A stretch of DNA of 64,000 nucleotides from assembly GCA_040954595.2 (NCBI GenBank), contig JBECUI020000032.1:1-64000 (forward strand), read 5' to 3'. Source of the stretch: Balanoglossus misakiensis (lineage: Eukaryota > Animalia > Hemichordata). The position numbers were made by a program, and so were the translations under genes. Below the pieces are notes generated by a model. That model was not told where the DNA came from. It made no database searches and was given only the letters and a program-made list of their open reading frames with translations. Shown here one piece after another: positions 54,567-64,000 of the stretch; within the stretch, counting starts at the first letter, position 1; each line of letters opens with the position of its first letter.

Positions 54567-55565
54567 TTAGTGATACCCAATAACCAATCCCAAAGACCAC
54601 ACCGACTTCATTGTTTCCTCCCGAAAAAAATTGTTCATGTCAAAACGAACCCCCAACCTCCAGGAAGGAAAACGCCAGTAAACTTCCAAACGATAAGCAA
54701 CAAGATCCAGGGTTAAGGTGTCCAGAAAGGTATACAGCTGCAATTTCCCTTCCAGAACTAAGGGTTCCAGAAGCAGGATGTCAAAGAGATGAAAGAAAAG
54801 TGAGTCCGAAAAGAACAGACCCAGCACGACAGGAACATGAAAACTCCTTGTTCCAGCAGCATTAAAGCCTACAAAGGACATGCCCAGATTTAAACCAATT
54901 TCCATACGGGAATTTTTCGATTCAAGAAGAAAACCACGAAAACTGATGTCCAGATCGGCAAAGTAATGAGCAAAGGTATTGTGAGATACCTTCCAGAAAA
55001 AACTGTCGTAGCGGAACCCCATTCCCAGACGTCGTCCCAAAAAGGGAAACCAGTACCGTAGGTCCAGTTGAAGCCCCGTACTCAAATATTCCTGTAAATC
55101 TTTAAAAAAGATCTGGGTACTATTAACGTCCGTATCCACATTCAAAAAGGTGATTCCTGCTGTCACCACCAGAGAATCTCTGTTTTTCTCGAGATCCGCT
55201 CCGACCTCGCTGCTGTCCCGGTTAATTGTAAATTTAGGTTCCTCCGTTTCCAAGGCTTCATTACTTCCCGGTGATTCCCCTGCCACACTTTGGGGCAGCC
55301 CTGCCTCCCATGATTCCTGGGCCTGGGTTAGAGCCTGCAAGTCCATAATGGAATCCCGATAGTCCTCTACCCGGGAATTCTCCGGGAAGAGCTGTTCAGC
55401 CTCTTCCAGCAGGTTCAGCGCATCCTCCCAGTTCTCTGCCTCTGCCATGACAAGAGCCGCATCCAAGAGGGCGTCCAGTTCCTGTTCTGAAGCATTCTGG
55501 GCATTTATCAGCTGTATTTCTCCCATAAAAAGAACAACAAAGACAAGAAGGAAACAACTTCTCAT
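54567..55565 (-). CDS. exported protein with a TPR-like N-terminus and a beta-strand-rich (barrel-like) C-terminus
   Basis: Signal peptide; ENWEDALNLLEEAEQLFPEN; alternating aromatic strands; ATGA overlap with aat. Confidence 0.65.
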   Translation of the reverse strand: MRSCFLLVFVVLFMGEIQLINAQNASEQELDALLDAALVMAEAENWEDALNLLEEAEQLFPENSRVEDYRDSIMDLQALTQAQESWEAGLPQSVAGESPGSNEALETEEPKFTINRDSSEVGADLEKNRDSLVVTAGITFLNVDTDVNSTQIFFKDLQEYLSTGLQLDLRYWFPFLGRRLGMGFRYDSFFWKVSHNTFAHYFADLDISFRGFLLESKNSRMEIGLNLGMSFVGFNAAGTRSFHVPVVLGLFFSDSLFFHLFDILLLEPLVLEGKLQLYTFLDTLTLDLVAYRLEVYWRFPSWRLGVRFDMNNFFREETMKSVWSLGLVIGYH

Positions 55566-56299
55566 CCGAGAATACTCTCCCACAGTTTCGAAAAAGGAAA
55601 TTCAGGAAAGCATTGGTTCCAGGGGCCTTGGATTGTTGGTTTTTGAAGTTCCTTGTCCAAAAGTTTCAGGAACTTGGTACGAGGCACATCTATGGCTCCA
55701 AAGGTTTCTAAGTGAGCCGTGTGTTGCTGACAGTCAATAAGGCCGAAGTTATTGTCTCTCAGAACTCCGGTCAGGGCAATAAAAGCAATTTTAGAGGCAT
55801 CATCCAACAAAGAAAACATTGATTCGCCAAAGAAACAACCTCCGAGAGAAACACCGTAGAGTCCTCCCAGCAACTGTCCATTGCTCAGGAATTCAACAGA
55901 ATGTGCATAGCCCAGGCGAGAAAACTCCTCATAGGCTTCCAGCATCTCCTGAGTAATCCAGGTGCTCTCCTGTCCGCGCCGGGGTACGGATTTACAGAAA
56001 CGGATAACAGCACTAAAATCCCGGTCCAACGCAAGGCTGAAGTCTCCCTTTCGGATTTTCTTTCTGAGAGAACGGGAGACATGAATGCTAAAAGGGTCAA
56101 GAACAAACCGAGGATTCAGGCTCCACCAGAGAATGGGCTCCCCCTCCGAATACCAAGGGAAAATTCCCTGACGGTAGGCCGCAAGAAGGTTCTCCGGCGA
56201 AAGATTGCCTCCAACAGCAAGGATGTCACCAAATTCATCCACAGGATATGCAAAAGGAATAACAGATTTAGTATTTATGGGAAATTTTTCATTGGGCAT
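55562..56299 (-). CDS. aat: leucyl/phenylalanyl-tRNA--protein transferase
   Basis: GGNLS..LLAAYRQGIFPW, PILWWS..PR, TWIT, AHSVE, GGLYG, FFGESMFS, DASK, IDCQ. Confidence 0.97.
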   Translation of the reverse strand: MPNEKFPINTKSVIPFAYPVDEFGDILAVGGNLSPENLLAAYRQGIFPWYSEGEPILWWSLNPRFVLDPFSIHVSRSLRKKIRKGDFSLALDRDFSAVIRFCKSVPRRGQESTWITQEMLEAYEEFSRLGYAHSVEFLSNGQLLGGLYGVSLGGCFFGESMFSLLDDASKIAFIALTGVLRDNNFGLIDCQQHTAHLETFGAIDVPRTKFLKLLDKELQKPTIQGPWNQCFPEFPFSKLWESILG

Positions 56300-58633
56300 C
56301 CGGTAACACCCGAACTCGGATCTTCCCGTCTACGATCTCCACAAGGGTTGAACCACCGTTAGCAAGCTCTCCAAAGAGAACGGCATCCACAAAAAAGGTC
56401 TTGATCTCATTTTCAACCACCCGGGCAATGTTACGAGCCCCAAATTCCGGAGAATAACCAGTCTTCACTATCCAACGAATGACTTCTTCACTGACAGTCA
56501 AAACCACATTCTTTTCCGTCAGCATTCTCTTAAATTTTTCAATTTCTTTGCAGACAATGGCTTCTATTGCCTTATCATCAAGTTTTTCAAAATGGATAAC
56601 CTTATCCAAGCGATTACGGAATTCCGGTGCAAATATTCTTTCCACTGCATCGCCCAGGGCGGAAAAGGGTATGTCTCGCTCCACAAAGCCTATCCTAGAC
56701 TTGCCCAAGTCCCTGGCTCCGGCGTTAGAAGTCATAATAATAATAATATTCCGAAAGTCTGCCTTGCGTCCCATGCTATCGGTGATGGTGGCATAGTCCA
56801 TCATCTGAAGCAGTATGTTGTAGATATCCTGATGGGCTTTTTCGATTTCATCCAACAGAAGCACGGCATGGGGGTGTTGCGGATGGCATCCGTAAGCAGC
56901 CCTCCCTCTTCATAGCCCACATATCCCGGAGGAGAACCGATAAGACGACTGACGGTGTGTTTCTCCTGATACTCGCTCATATCGAAACGATGGAGGGGGA
57001 TGCCCATCTCCAAAGCCAGAGAACGAGCTAACTCGGTTTTACCCACACCTGTGGGACCTACAAAAAGGAAACAGGCCACTGGCTTATTGGGAGAGCGGAA
57101 ACCTGCCCGGGAACGCTTAATGGCCTGCACCACCCCCTCCACGGCTTCGTCCTGGCCAAAAAGGGAGTTTTTTAGATTTTTCTCCAAATGCTTTAAAAGA
57201 TCTATTTCGTTGAAAGAAACAGTTCTTTCTGGAATACGGGCAATCATGGCCACAACCTTTTCTATGTCGCTTACACTGATTGTGGGAGGCTCGGCCAGGG
57301 CAACTGTTCCCCCTTGGTGGGGCTGTAGAGATTTTTTCTCCGAAGAAAAACTCCAAGGCTCTTCGTTGTTGAGTTTAGTCAAGCTAAGCCGTTTCCAGGC
57401 CCCCGATTCATCCATGAGATCAATGGCCTTGTCAGGAAGATGTTTCTCGTTCATGTATTGACTGGAAAGGTCCACCGCCGCCTTGATTACACCCTCTCCA
57501 TATAGAACCCCGTGGTGCTCCTCGTATACCTGCTTGAGTCCTTCCAGAATCTTGTATGCTTCTTCCAAGGGAGGCTCCAGCACATCAATACGTTGGAATC
57601 TCCGGGCCAGGGCATGGTCCTTCTCAAAGTACTTGTGAAACTCCTCATAGGTAGTGGAGCCGATAACTTTGAGTTTACCCTTCATCAAAACGGGTTTAAG
57701 CAAATTCGAGGCATCAATACTGCCCCCCGATACGGCGCCTGCACCAATGATTGTGTGGATTTCATCTATAAAAAGTATGCACTTATCCAGGGAGTCCAGT
57801 GCAGCAAGGACTTTTTTCATCCTCTCTTCAAAGTCCCCCCGATAACGAGTCCCTGCCAGCAAAGACCCCATATCCAGGGAATAAATGCGATAGCCCCGAA
57901 GATAGGGAGGGACCTTGCCCAGTACAACAAGCTGGGCCAAACCCTCTGTAATGGCTGTTTTCCCCACTCCAGGATCACCTACGTGAATGGGATTATTCTT
58001 AAGTCGGCGGCTAAGCACCTGCATCGTGCGTTCAAGAATATCCTCTCTACCAATGAGGACTTCCAATTCTCCCGCCTCGGCTCTGGCGATAAGATCGGTG
58101 GTGTAAGCTTCCAGGACTTTATTTTTGCGCTTCTTTAAGCCTGCTTCTTCATCAAAGTCTTCGTCAAAAGAGGGTTCCTCCTCCCCGCCTTTCTTGTCCG
58201 AAGCCAGCTCTGTATTCTGGAAGATAGCCTCTAAAAGAGTAACGCGTGCCAGGCCTGCCTTGCGGAGATAGTAGGCCCCATAGGAGTCTTCCAGCTCAGA
58301 AAGTGCCACCAAGAGTTCGGGGGACCCTATTTTATCTTTACCGGAAGCGACAATTTGAATAAGGGTTTGTTCAATAACTTTCTGGAGTCCTTCGGTCTGT
58401 ACTGGATCAGAACCTTCTGCCTTCTCCAAATACCTATCAAAATATCCATCCAGGTCCGCCTTAACCGCCTCAACGTCCGTTCCGCAGTCACGAAGAATTT
58501 TCCGGGGAGCATCAAAAGCCAACATCGCCTGGAGTATGTGTTCTGGAGTAAAATATTCGTGCCCCTCTCTTTTAGCCTTCTCGTAGGCTAAATTAAAAAT
58601 ATGCTGTACCTCTTCGTCGAGCCTCATAATCAT
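56289..58633 (-). CDS. clpA: ATP-dependent Clp protease ATPase ClpA (one indel near 56870)
   Basis: Two AAA modules ([17 protein letters not shown]), [29 protein letters not shown]; between clpS and aat. Confidence 0.95.
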
Positions 58634-58947
58634 GCCTTTTCTAAAATACTTCTTAAAGGATATTCTCGTTCCCTGGCCTTGCTGATGGTTTGGGCCACCT
58701 TGGTTCTGCCAATGTCGTAAGGATAGAGTCCAACTACTCCCTTGCCCTTTTTATGGATATTAAGCATGATTTTTGTCGCTTCGATAGGAGGTTTATGAAA
58801 CAGGGACACCAATATCTCTACAACAAAATCTTTTGGTGTGTAGTCATCGTCAAGAAACACAACTTTCCACAAGTCTGGCGGTTTCAGATCTCTACGGTGA
58901 TCTTCTATAAGTTCATTGTAGGGGATTTTATAAGGATCACGTTCCAT
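58630..58947 (-). CDS. clpS: Clp protease adaptor ClpS
   Basis: [27 protein letters not shown]. Confidence 0.95.
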   Translation of the reverse strand: MERDPYKIPYNELIEDHRRDLKPPDLWKVVFLDDDYTPKDFVVEILVSLFHKPPIEATKIMLNIHKKGKGVVGLYPYDIGRTKVAQTISKAREREYPLRSILEKA

Positions 58948-59080
58948 AATATGAGTTTACAACTTTAATACCAGTCAATCAATATGTAATAATCAAATTA
59001 TCAGATTAGCACCCAAGCTTTTTCACTTTACAAAACTCCTCTTTTCCTCATACAATAACTCCTATTCAAGGAGTCCCATT

Positions 59081-59749
59081 ATGAAACACTTTGCTACCAT
59101 TATTTTGTTAAGTTTTATGGCTCCAGCCACTTTTGCTACGGATTACTTCTGGGATGAGATTTCTGAAGTAGGCCGCTACGATTTAGCTGACGCCTATATG
59201 CAGGTTGGAGAACGTTATCTGGAATTGAATGAGAAGGATAAGGCCGATGTGTTCATAAAAATGGCTGAAGTTCTTTATCCAGGTTTCGAAACTTTCGAGG
59301 TTCCCAGCAAAGGAAACGCCTCAGAGATGCCCGCCCGTCCTTCCGAACCGATGATTATGGATGACGAGGGCGAAAAGGCCGTTCAATACTACTGGGAAAA
59401 ACTGATTAGGGGTGTTTTTAGCGAAAACGTTTCTCTAACGGAATCGGTTATTGCCGACCGTTTTTACCTGCCCTACAAGGACCAGGGTTACAGTAAAACC
59501 GAGCTCCACGAAGAATTACTCTGGTTGTTTGAACGTTATGCCATCTCCAGCATAGACCCAGAAGATCTTTACCTTATGGATACTGTAACGGTCGCCCCGC
59601 TGAATAAGGGATACTGGGTCTTGGCGGTTGACATTGACGATGATTATCTGGATGTCTTTCCCGACTTTCCTTACTGGAGCAAGAAACAGAATTACTATTT
59701 TCAGAAGTTCCCCGAAGGTTGGCGCCTCGTGGCTATTGGAAACGGTTAG
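59081..59749 (+). CDS. exported hypothetical protein
   Basis: RBS AAGGAG, signal peptide, intact 222-aa ORF ending in an NTF2-like W-R-L strand. Confidence 0.7.
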   Translation: MKHFATIILLSFMAPATFATDYFWDEISEVGRYDLADAYMQVGERYLELNEKDKADVFIKMAEVLYPGFETFEVPSKGNASEMPARPSEPMIMDDEGEKAVQYYWEKLIRGVFSENVSLTESVIADRFYLPYKDQGYSKTELHEELLWLFERYAISSIDPEDLYLMDTVTVAPLNKGYWVLAVDIDDDYLDVFPDFPYWSKKQNYYFQKFPEGWRLVAIGNG

Positions 59750-59750
59750 G

Positions 59751-61795
59751 TTACCTCATCGGGGCAAAAGCCCCCAGCTCTGCACCCCCGCTCATACCGA
59801 TATAGGTGACTTCAAGAGCCACAGGAAGGTAAGCTCGTCCGAAGCTGTTGGCTGTGCTTGAGCTCCAGGAGAGGGTGTAGTTTCCAGAGGGAATGGCTCT
59901 AAGTTCCCCTATCAAAGGTCCCAGGCCCTCAGGGCGATAGAAATCTATGGGGGAACCTCCGGTTTCCTTTGCCAGAAAGTCCAGTGCCCCATCTCTTTCT
60001 CCAGTACGAAAATAAAGAGGTATGAAGGTAATGCCGTTATTGGCCAGATAGCGCGCTGTTTCCCTAAGCCCGTATTCGTCAAAGGCTCCAGAAGAAGAAG
60101 CTGAGGCAACAAAGGCGGTCACGACCTTTCGCCCGGTTCCTGGGGCCAAAATCGCCCCCGCCAACCGAAGAGCCCTGTCCCAAGCCGTCGGTCCCGAAAC
60201 CCCAGACAGCTGCGTGAGAGCCGTCAGTACCGAAGAGGCGTCCTCAGCTAGAAGATTCGCCTCAAACCCGGCGGAAACAAGGGATAACTTGTCTGTCGGA
60301 TCCAGAGAAGTGAGAAGGGTTCGAATCCCCTGTAATAGCTCTTCTGTTTTTCCAAAGCCACCGGACAAATCGGCAATGGTTACAAGTTCAAGTTCTCTGG
60401 AAGTCGATCCTCGATAAATAATGGGAAGGTTCCCTAGCCGCTGTTCGCCATCGATCACAGTAAAATTACTTGATTCCAGACCCACAAGCCCACGCCCCTG
60501 TCTATCTCGTACCGTCAGCTCTACGGTCATATCGGGGTAAGTGTCAGCCTTTACCTGATTCAAAATAACTTCCAAACCGCCGTAAAGGGTGGAAAGAAGG
60601 GATAAGATCACCACCTCATCGGCATCAAAGTCACTAAGAAGAATGTTCCCGTTTTCGTCTCTATCCAAGGAGGTTATACGTCGCTGTCCCCCCAACAAAT
60701 CCATGGGAATATCACTCATCGCAGCAGTGACCAAATCAATGACCAGAAGTCGGGGACCATCAGAAACCATCAGGCTCCGTCCTTCGGGATCAAGGGAAAG
60801 AGCCCCTGGAGAATTGAGCCCTTCATCTTTGAGAATGCCTAGATAATTACCATTTTCGTCAAACACAACGATTCTTCCCTGTATGGTATCGGCCACATAA
60901 ACCCTATTGGGCCCCACGGCAATCCCCGATGGTCCCCTGAAACCTGGAAATCCAGCGGTGTTCCTATCCATGGCTAAGACCTGGTTCCCCTGAAGATCCC
61001 ACTTGGCCACCCGACGATTTCCCCAGTCACTCACATAAAAGTAAAAACCATCGGTGGAGAGAGCCAGATACTGGGGCCCAGGAACTGTCCCTCTCCCCGC
61101 CCCGCCGTTCCCCAGGAGGCTATTCGAATCCCCCGGGTGTACTTCTCCATAGAAACTACAGAAATCCTATCCGCTTGAAATTCCGAGACCAGAAGTCGCC
61201 CATCGGGTAGAGGAAGAATATCAAAAGGACGGTCAAAGGCCTCTATCCCCCCATCAAAACTTTCACGAATTTCCCCATTGGCATTCAGAAGAACAATTTC
61301 TCCTCCAGCATATGAGGAGACCAAAAGGGAGCCTGTGCCATCTCTTAGGGGACGAACTACAGCAGGACGGTCAAAAAAACGGAGATTCGACTCCAAGCCT
61401 TTAAGAGACAGCAAGGGAACCCAGTTCTCCTCGACAGGGAGCTCTTCATCTCCGTTAAGACGTCTTCGAAGAGTCTCCGTCTGATGCAGTAAGGCTGCCG
61501 AAGCTTCTCCATCCCGCACTATCTGATCCCAGATTTCCAGAGCCGCATCTTCCAGCCCCGAACGCCAGTAGACCCGGCCCAGCCATTCTCTTATCAAGGG
61601 ATCCAGAGGATTCAGAGCTATGGCCCGTTCCAAGGCGAGCAAGGCCTCTCCCGGTCTGCCATGATTATAGGCCGTAATCCCCCAGCGCAATTCCTCCAAA
61701 GAACTCACAACATCCTGGTTAATAAGATCCTGAGCTACCAGCAAGAAAGGAAGAGCAAGGGAGCAAAGCAGAAAGAAAAGGTACTTAATTCTCAT
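59751..61795 (-). CDS. TPR + NHL-repeat + VWA-like exported protein (one indel near 61075)
   Basis: Signal peptide, TPRs, NHL repeats (FDRPFDI, F.GPSGIAV, YVADT), VWA-like tail (LAKETGG). Confidence 0.85.
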
Positions 61796-62447
61796 GGGTT
61801 CGAAGAATCTCCAGGTGTTGCTTGATTGTAGGGTTTTCAGGATGGAGAGACAGGGCCTCGACAAGATACTTAATACCTTCCTTCGAGCGACCTGCCTTAA
61901 AAAGCACCCAACCCAGAGAATCTTTGTAAGCATAATTAGAAGGGGCCTTATTCAAAGCCTCCTGGCAGAGCTTTATGGACTCTTCAGGATTCTCTTCAGC
62001 CAGAAGGAATCCCAGTCCATTGCTGGCAGTAGCATTGCCGTCATCTACTTTAAGGGCTGAGCGGTAGCAATCCTGCGCCAAATTCTTTTCGCCTAGCTTC
62101 CAATAACAGTAGGCCAGGGCAGACCAGGCTTGGGCCGATTCATAGCCTTCCTGGAGCACGCAGTGAAGTTGCCTCTCTGCTTGGTTTATTTCTCCAGTTT
62201 TAATGAACAACCAAGCAAGAAGCATCCTTGCTTGGTAGAGCCACACAAGATGGGTACTCCGTTCTATAAGAATTTTCAATTGTGTGATGGCCTGGGTATA
62301 CTTTCTCAGATGGATATAACAGAGACCTAAATAGTAAGCCAGCTCCAAGTCCTCGGCGGGGTTGAGCTTCTCGGCCAATAAAGACTCCAGGGCCTTCTGA
62401 AATTCTCCCCTTTTATAAAGCTCCTTGGCCTTAGCTCTTAAATTCAT
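61785..62447 (-). CDS. tetratricopeptide repeat protein
   Basis: YYLGLCY, AWSALAY, ASNGLG, YKDSLGWV TPR units. Confidence 0.88.
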   Translation of the reverse strand: MNLRAKAKELYKRGEFQKALESLLAEKLNPAEDLELAYYLGLCYIHLRKYTQAITQLKILIERSTHLVWLYQARMLLAWLFIKTGEINQAERQLHCVLQEGYESAQAWSALAYCYWKLGEKNLAQDCYRSALKVDDGNATASNGLGFLLAEENPEESIKLCQEALNKAPSNYAYKDSLGWVLFKAGRSKEGIKYLVEALSLHPENPTIKQHLEILRTHEN

Positions 62448-62580
62448 ACAAAACTTCCCGAGGCTCCGAAAAAATGCTTTTCAAGAATAGGAACTTTTAA
62501 TGTATCGCCTGAGCCATAGTGAGAACAGCCTGCCGCATTAATAACACTTTCCCCAAGAGAGTCGACAAGAGACCTTTCTC

Positions 62581-62913
62581 TCATAGGGCGTAAGGTCCCA
62601 GGAAACCTGAGGGTCTTTCTGCTTCCATCGCTGTCAGCTGTTGCAATATATTACACGAGTTCAGGCTTCTGAAATCAAATAGAAGCCCAGGAACCGGTTT
62701 AGAAGAAGCAGCAAGAGCTTTGCGGCGATCCACTCCCAGCACCATGAGATAAGCATCGGCATACTTGCCCAAAAAGTTGGTATTAGGCGGAAACACTGTC
62801 CACCACCTTGGCGTCAGTAAGATCCACAGTTCCGTGTAAAAGAACAAGCCTCTCACGCAAAGCCACCATCTTTTCCCCTCGATAACTTCTACGACAAAGT
62901 GACTCCGAAACAT
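62581..62913 (-). CDS. hypothetical protein (uncertain)
   Basis: Fills the gap in a same-strand gene run; no motif recognised. Confidence 0.25.
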   Translation of the reverse strand: MFRSHFVVEVIEGKRWWLCVRGLFFYTELWILLTPRWWTVFPPNTNFLGKYADAYLMVLGVDRRKALAASSKPVPGLLFDFRSLNSCNILQQLTAMEAERPSGFLGPYAL

Positions 62914-62969
62914 TTTCAGGAAAAGCCTGGAAGAACTTTCTCCCTACCTAGCAGGCAAGCCAAATTTAC

Positions 62970-63179
62970 TTACGTTTTGGCTTTTATTCCGTATTTCCTG
63001 TTAAACCTTTCAACACGGCCTGCTGTATCGACCAGTTTTTGCTTACCTGTAAAAAATGGATGACAGAGCGAACAAAGTTCAATCTGCATATCACCAACTG
63101 TCGAATATGTGTCAATAACGTTACCACAAGCACAAGTAATTTTTGATACTTTGTATTCAGGATGAATATTTTTTTTCAT
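62970..63179 (-). CDS. rpmE: 50S ribosomal protein L31 (zinc-binding type)
   Basis: [36 protein letters not shown]. Confidence 0.97.
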   Translation of the reverse strand: MKKNIHPEYKVSKITCACGNVIDTYSTVGDMQIELCSLCHPFFTGKQKLVDTAGRVERFNRKYGIKAKT

Positions 63180-63204
63180 ACTTCCAACCTTAGCCAAACT
63201 GTTG

Positions 63205-64000
63205 TTAAATATCCAAACGAGCGCCTGGAGTATTCATCGCCTTAAGAAAGGCTTCATTATCCTTTGTTTTACGCATCTTGTCAACAATCATTTCTGTGGA
63301 TTCCATATCATCCATGGGACTTAGCACCTTACGTAGAATCCACATCTTATTAAGCTCTTCTGTAGTCAGGAGAAGATCTTCCTTTCTTGTACTGGATTTC
63401 TTAATATTGAATGCTGGATAAACTCGTTTATCCGACAAACGGCGGTCAAGAACCAGCTCCATATTACCAGTACCTTTAAACTCCTCAAAAATGACCTCAT
63501 CCATCCGGCTTCCCGTCTCAATCAGTGCCGTGGCCACAATGGTCAAACTCCCACCTTCTTCAATGTTACGAGCAGCACCAAAGAAACGTTTGGGTTTATG
63601 TAGAGCATTGGAATCCACACCCCCGGAAAGAATTTTTCCGCTGGTGGGAACAGTTTGGTTATAGGCCCGAGCCAGTCGGGTAATGGAATCGAGAAGAATT
63701 ACTACGTCTTTCTTATGCTCCACTAGTCGCCGGGCTTTCTCCAGGACCATCTCCGTTACCTGAACATGGCGGGAAGCTTGTTCATCAAAGGTAGAAGCAA
63801 CAACTTCTCCCTGAACACTGCGCTGCATATCCGTCACTTCTTCTGGACGTTCATCAATAAGCAGAACAATCATGTAGGCCTCGGGGTGATTTTCTGTAAT
63901 TGAATTGGCAATTTTCTGAAGAACTATCGTCTTTCCAGCCTTGGGAGGAGATACAATGAGTCCACGCTGCCCTTTGCCGATGGGACTAAAGAGATTGATG
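63205..64000 (-). CDS. rho: transcription termination factor Rho (5' part outside the window)
   Basis: [54 protein letters not shown]. Confidence 0.98.
   Translation of the reverse strand, partial: INLFSPIGKGQRGLIVSPPKAGKTIVLQKIANSITENHPEAYMIVLLIDERPEEVTDMQRSVQGEVVASTFDEQASRHVQVTEMVLEKARRLVEHKKDVVILLDSITRLARAYNQTVPTSGKILSGGVDSNALHKPKRFFGAARNIEEGGSLTIVATALIETGSRMDEVIFEEFKGTGNMELVLDRRLSDKRVYPAFNIKKSSTRKEDLLLTTEELNKMWILRKVLSPMDDMESTEMIVDKMRKTKDNEAFLKAMNTPGARLDI

Noticed and set aside
36164-61795. Single frameshifts in fabZ, accC, clpA and the NHL gene as programmed frameshifting or pseudogenes
   Set aside because: They fall at short homopolymers in conserved or essential genes within a demonstrably indel-prone sequence; error is the simplest explanation

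Overview
Bacterial chromosome segment, most likely from a spirochaete. This is inferred from the spirochaete-style lipoboxes (FFSC, AIFSC), a FabV/TER reductase, citramalate synthase, and a TPR-NHL-VWA gene near rho/rpmE. Left part (1-21.8 kb): cimA-leuA-leuB then rplM-rpsI, a GAF/HD-GYP protein, tRNA-Val(CAC), msrA, a PRTase, moaB, an HD protein, a methyltransferase, a truncated EamA transporter, two very large repeat-built surface lipoproteins with BspA-type LRRs, and an IS256 remnant. This part carries many single-base indels, even in ribosomal protein genes, so most frameshifts there are probably sequencing errors. Right part (21.9-64 kb, mostly intact): Str2-like PLP enzyme, cysK-cysE, FGGY kinase, protease/propeller/barrel protein, apbE, ade, fabH-fabG-fabF-fabZ-fabV-tetR divergent from accBCDA, psuK-psuG, GT-C membrane protein, ferredoxin-epmA-efp, a second IS256 remnant holding REP palindromes, mscS, a pyrF-pyrE fusion, clpS-clpA-aat, TPR/NHL proteins, rpmE and partial rho. 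The most notable unannotated signals are two short leader ORFs, each placed between a sigma70-like promoter and an amino-acid biosynthesis operon. One is Ser/Cys-rich before cysK-cysE and the other Leu/Ile-rich before cimA-leuA-leuB, suggesting ribosome-sensing attenuation. A dispersed ~75-bp structured repeat and modular tandem arrays in the surface lipoproteins are also notable. No CRISPR array, rRNA, prophage or intact transposase was seen. All calls are by eye; no searches were run.
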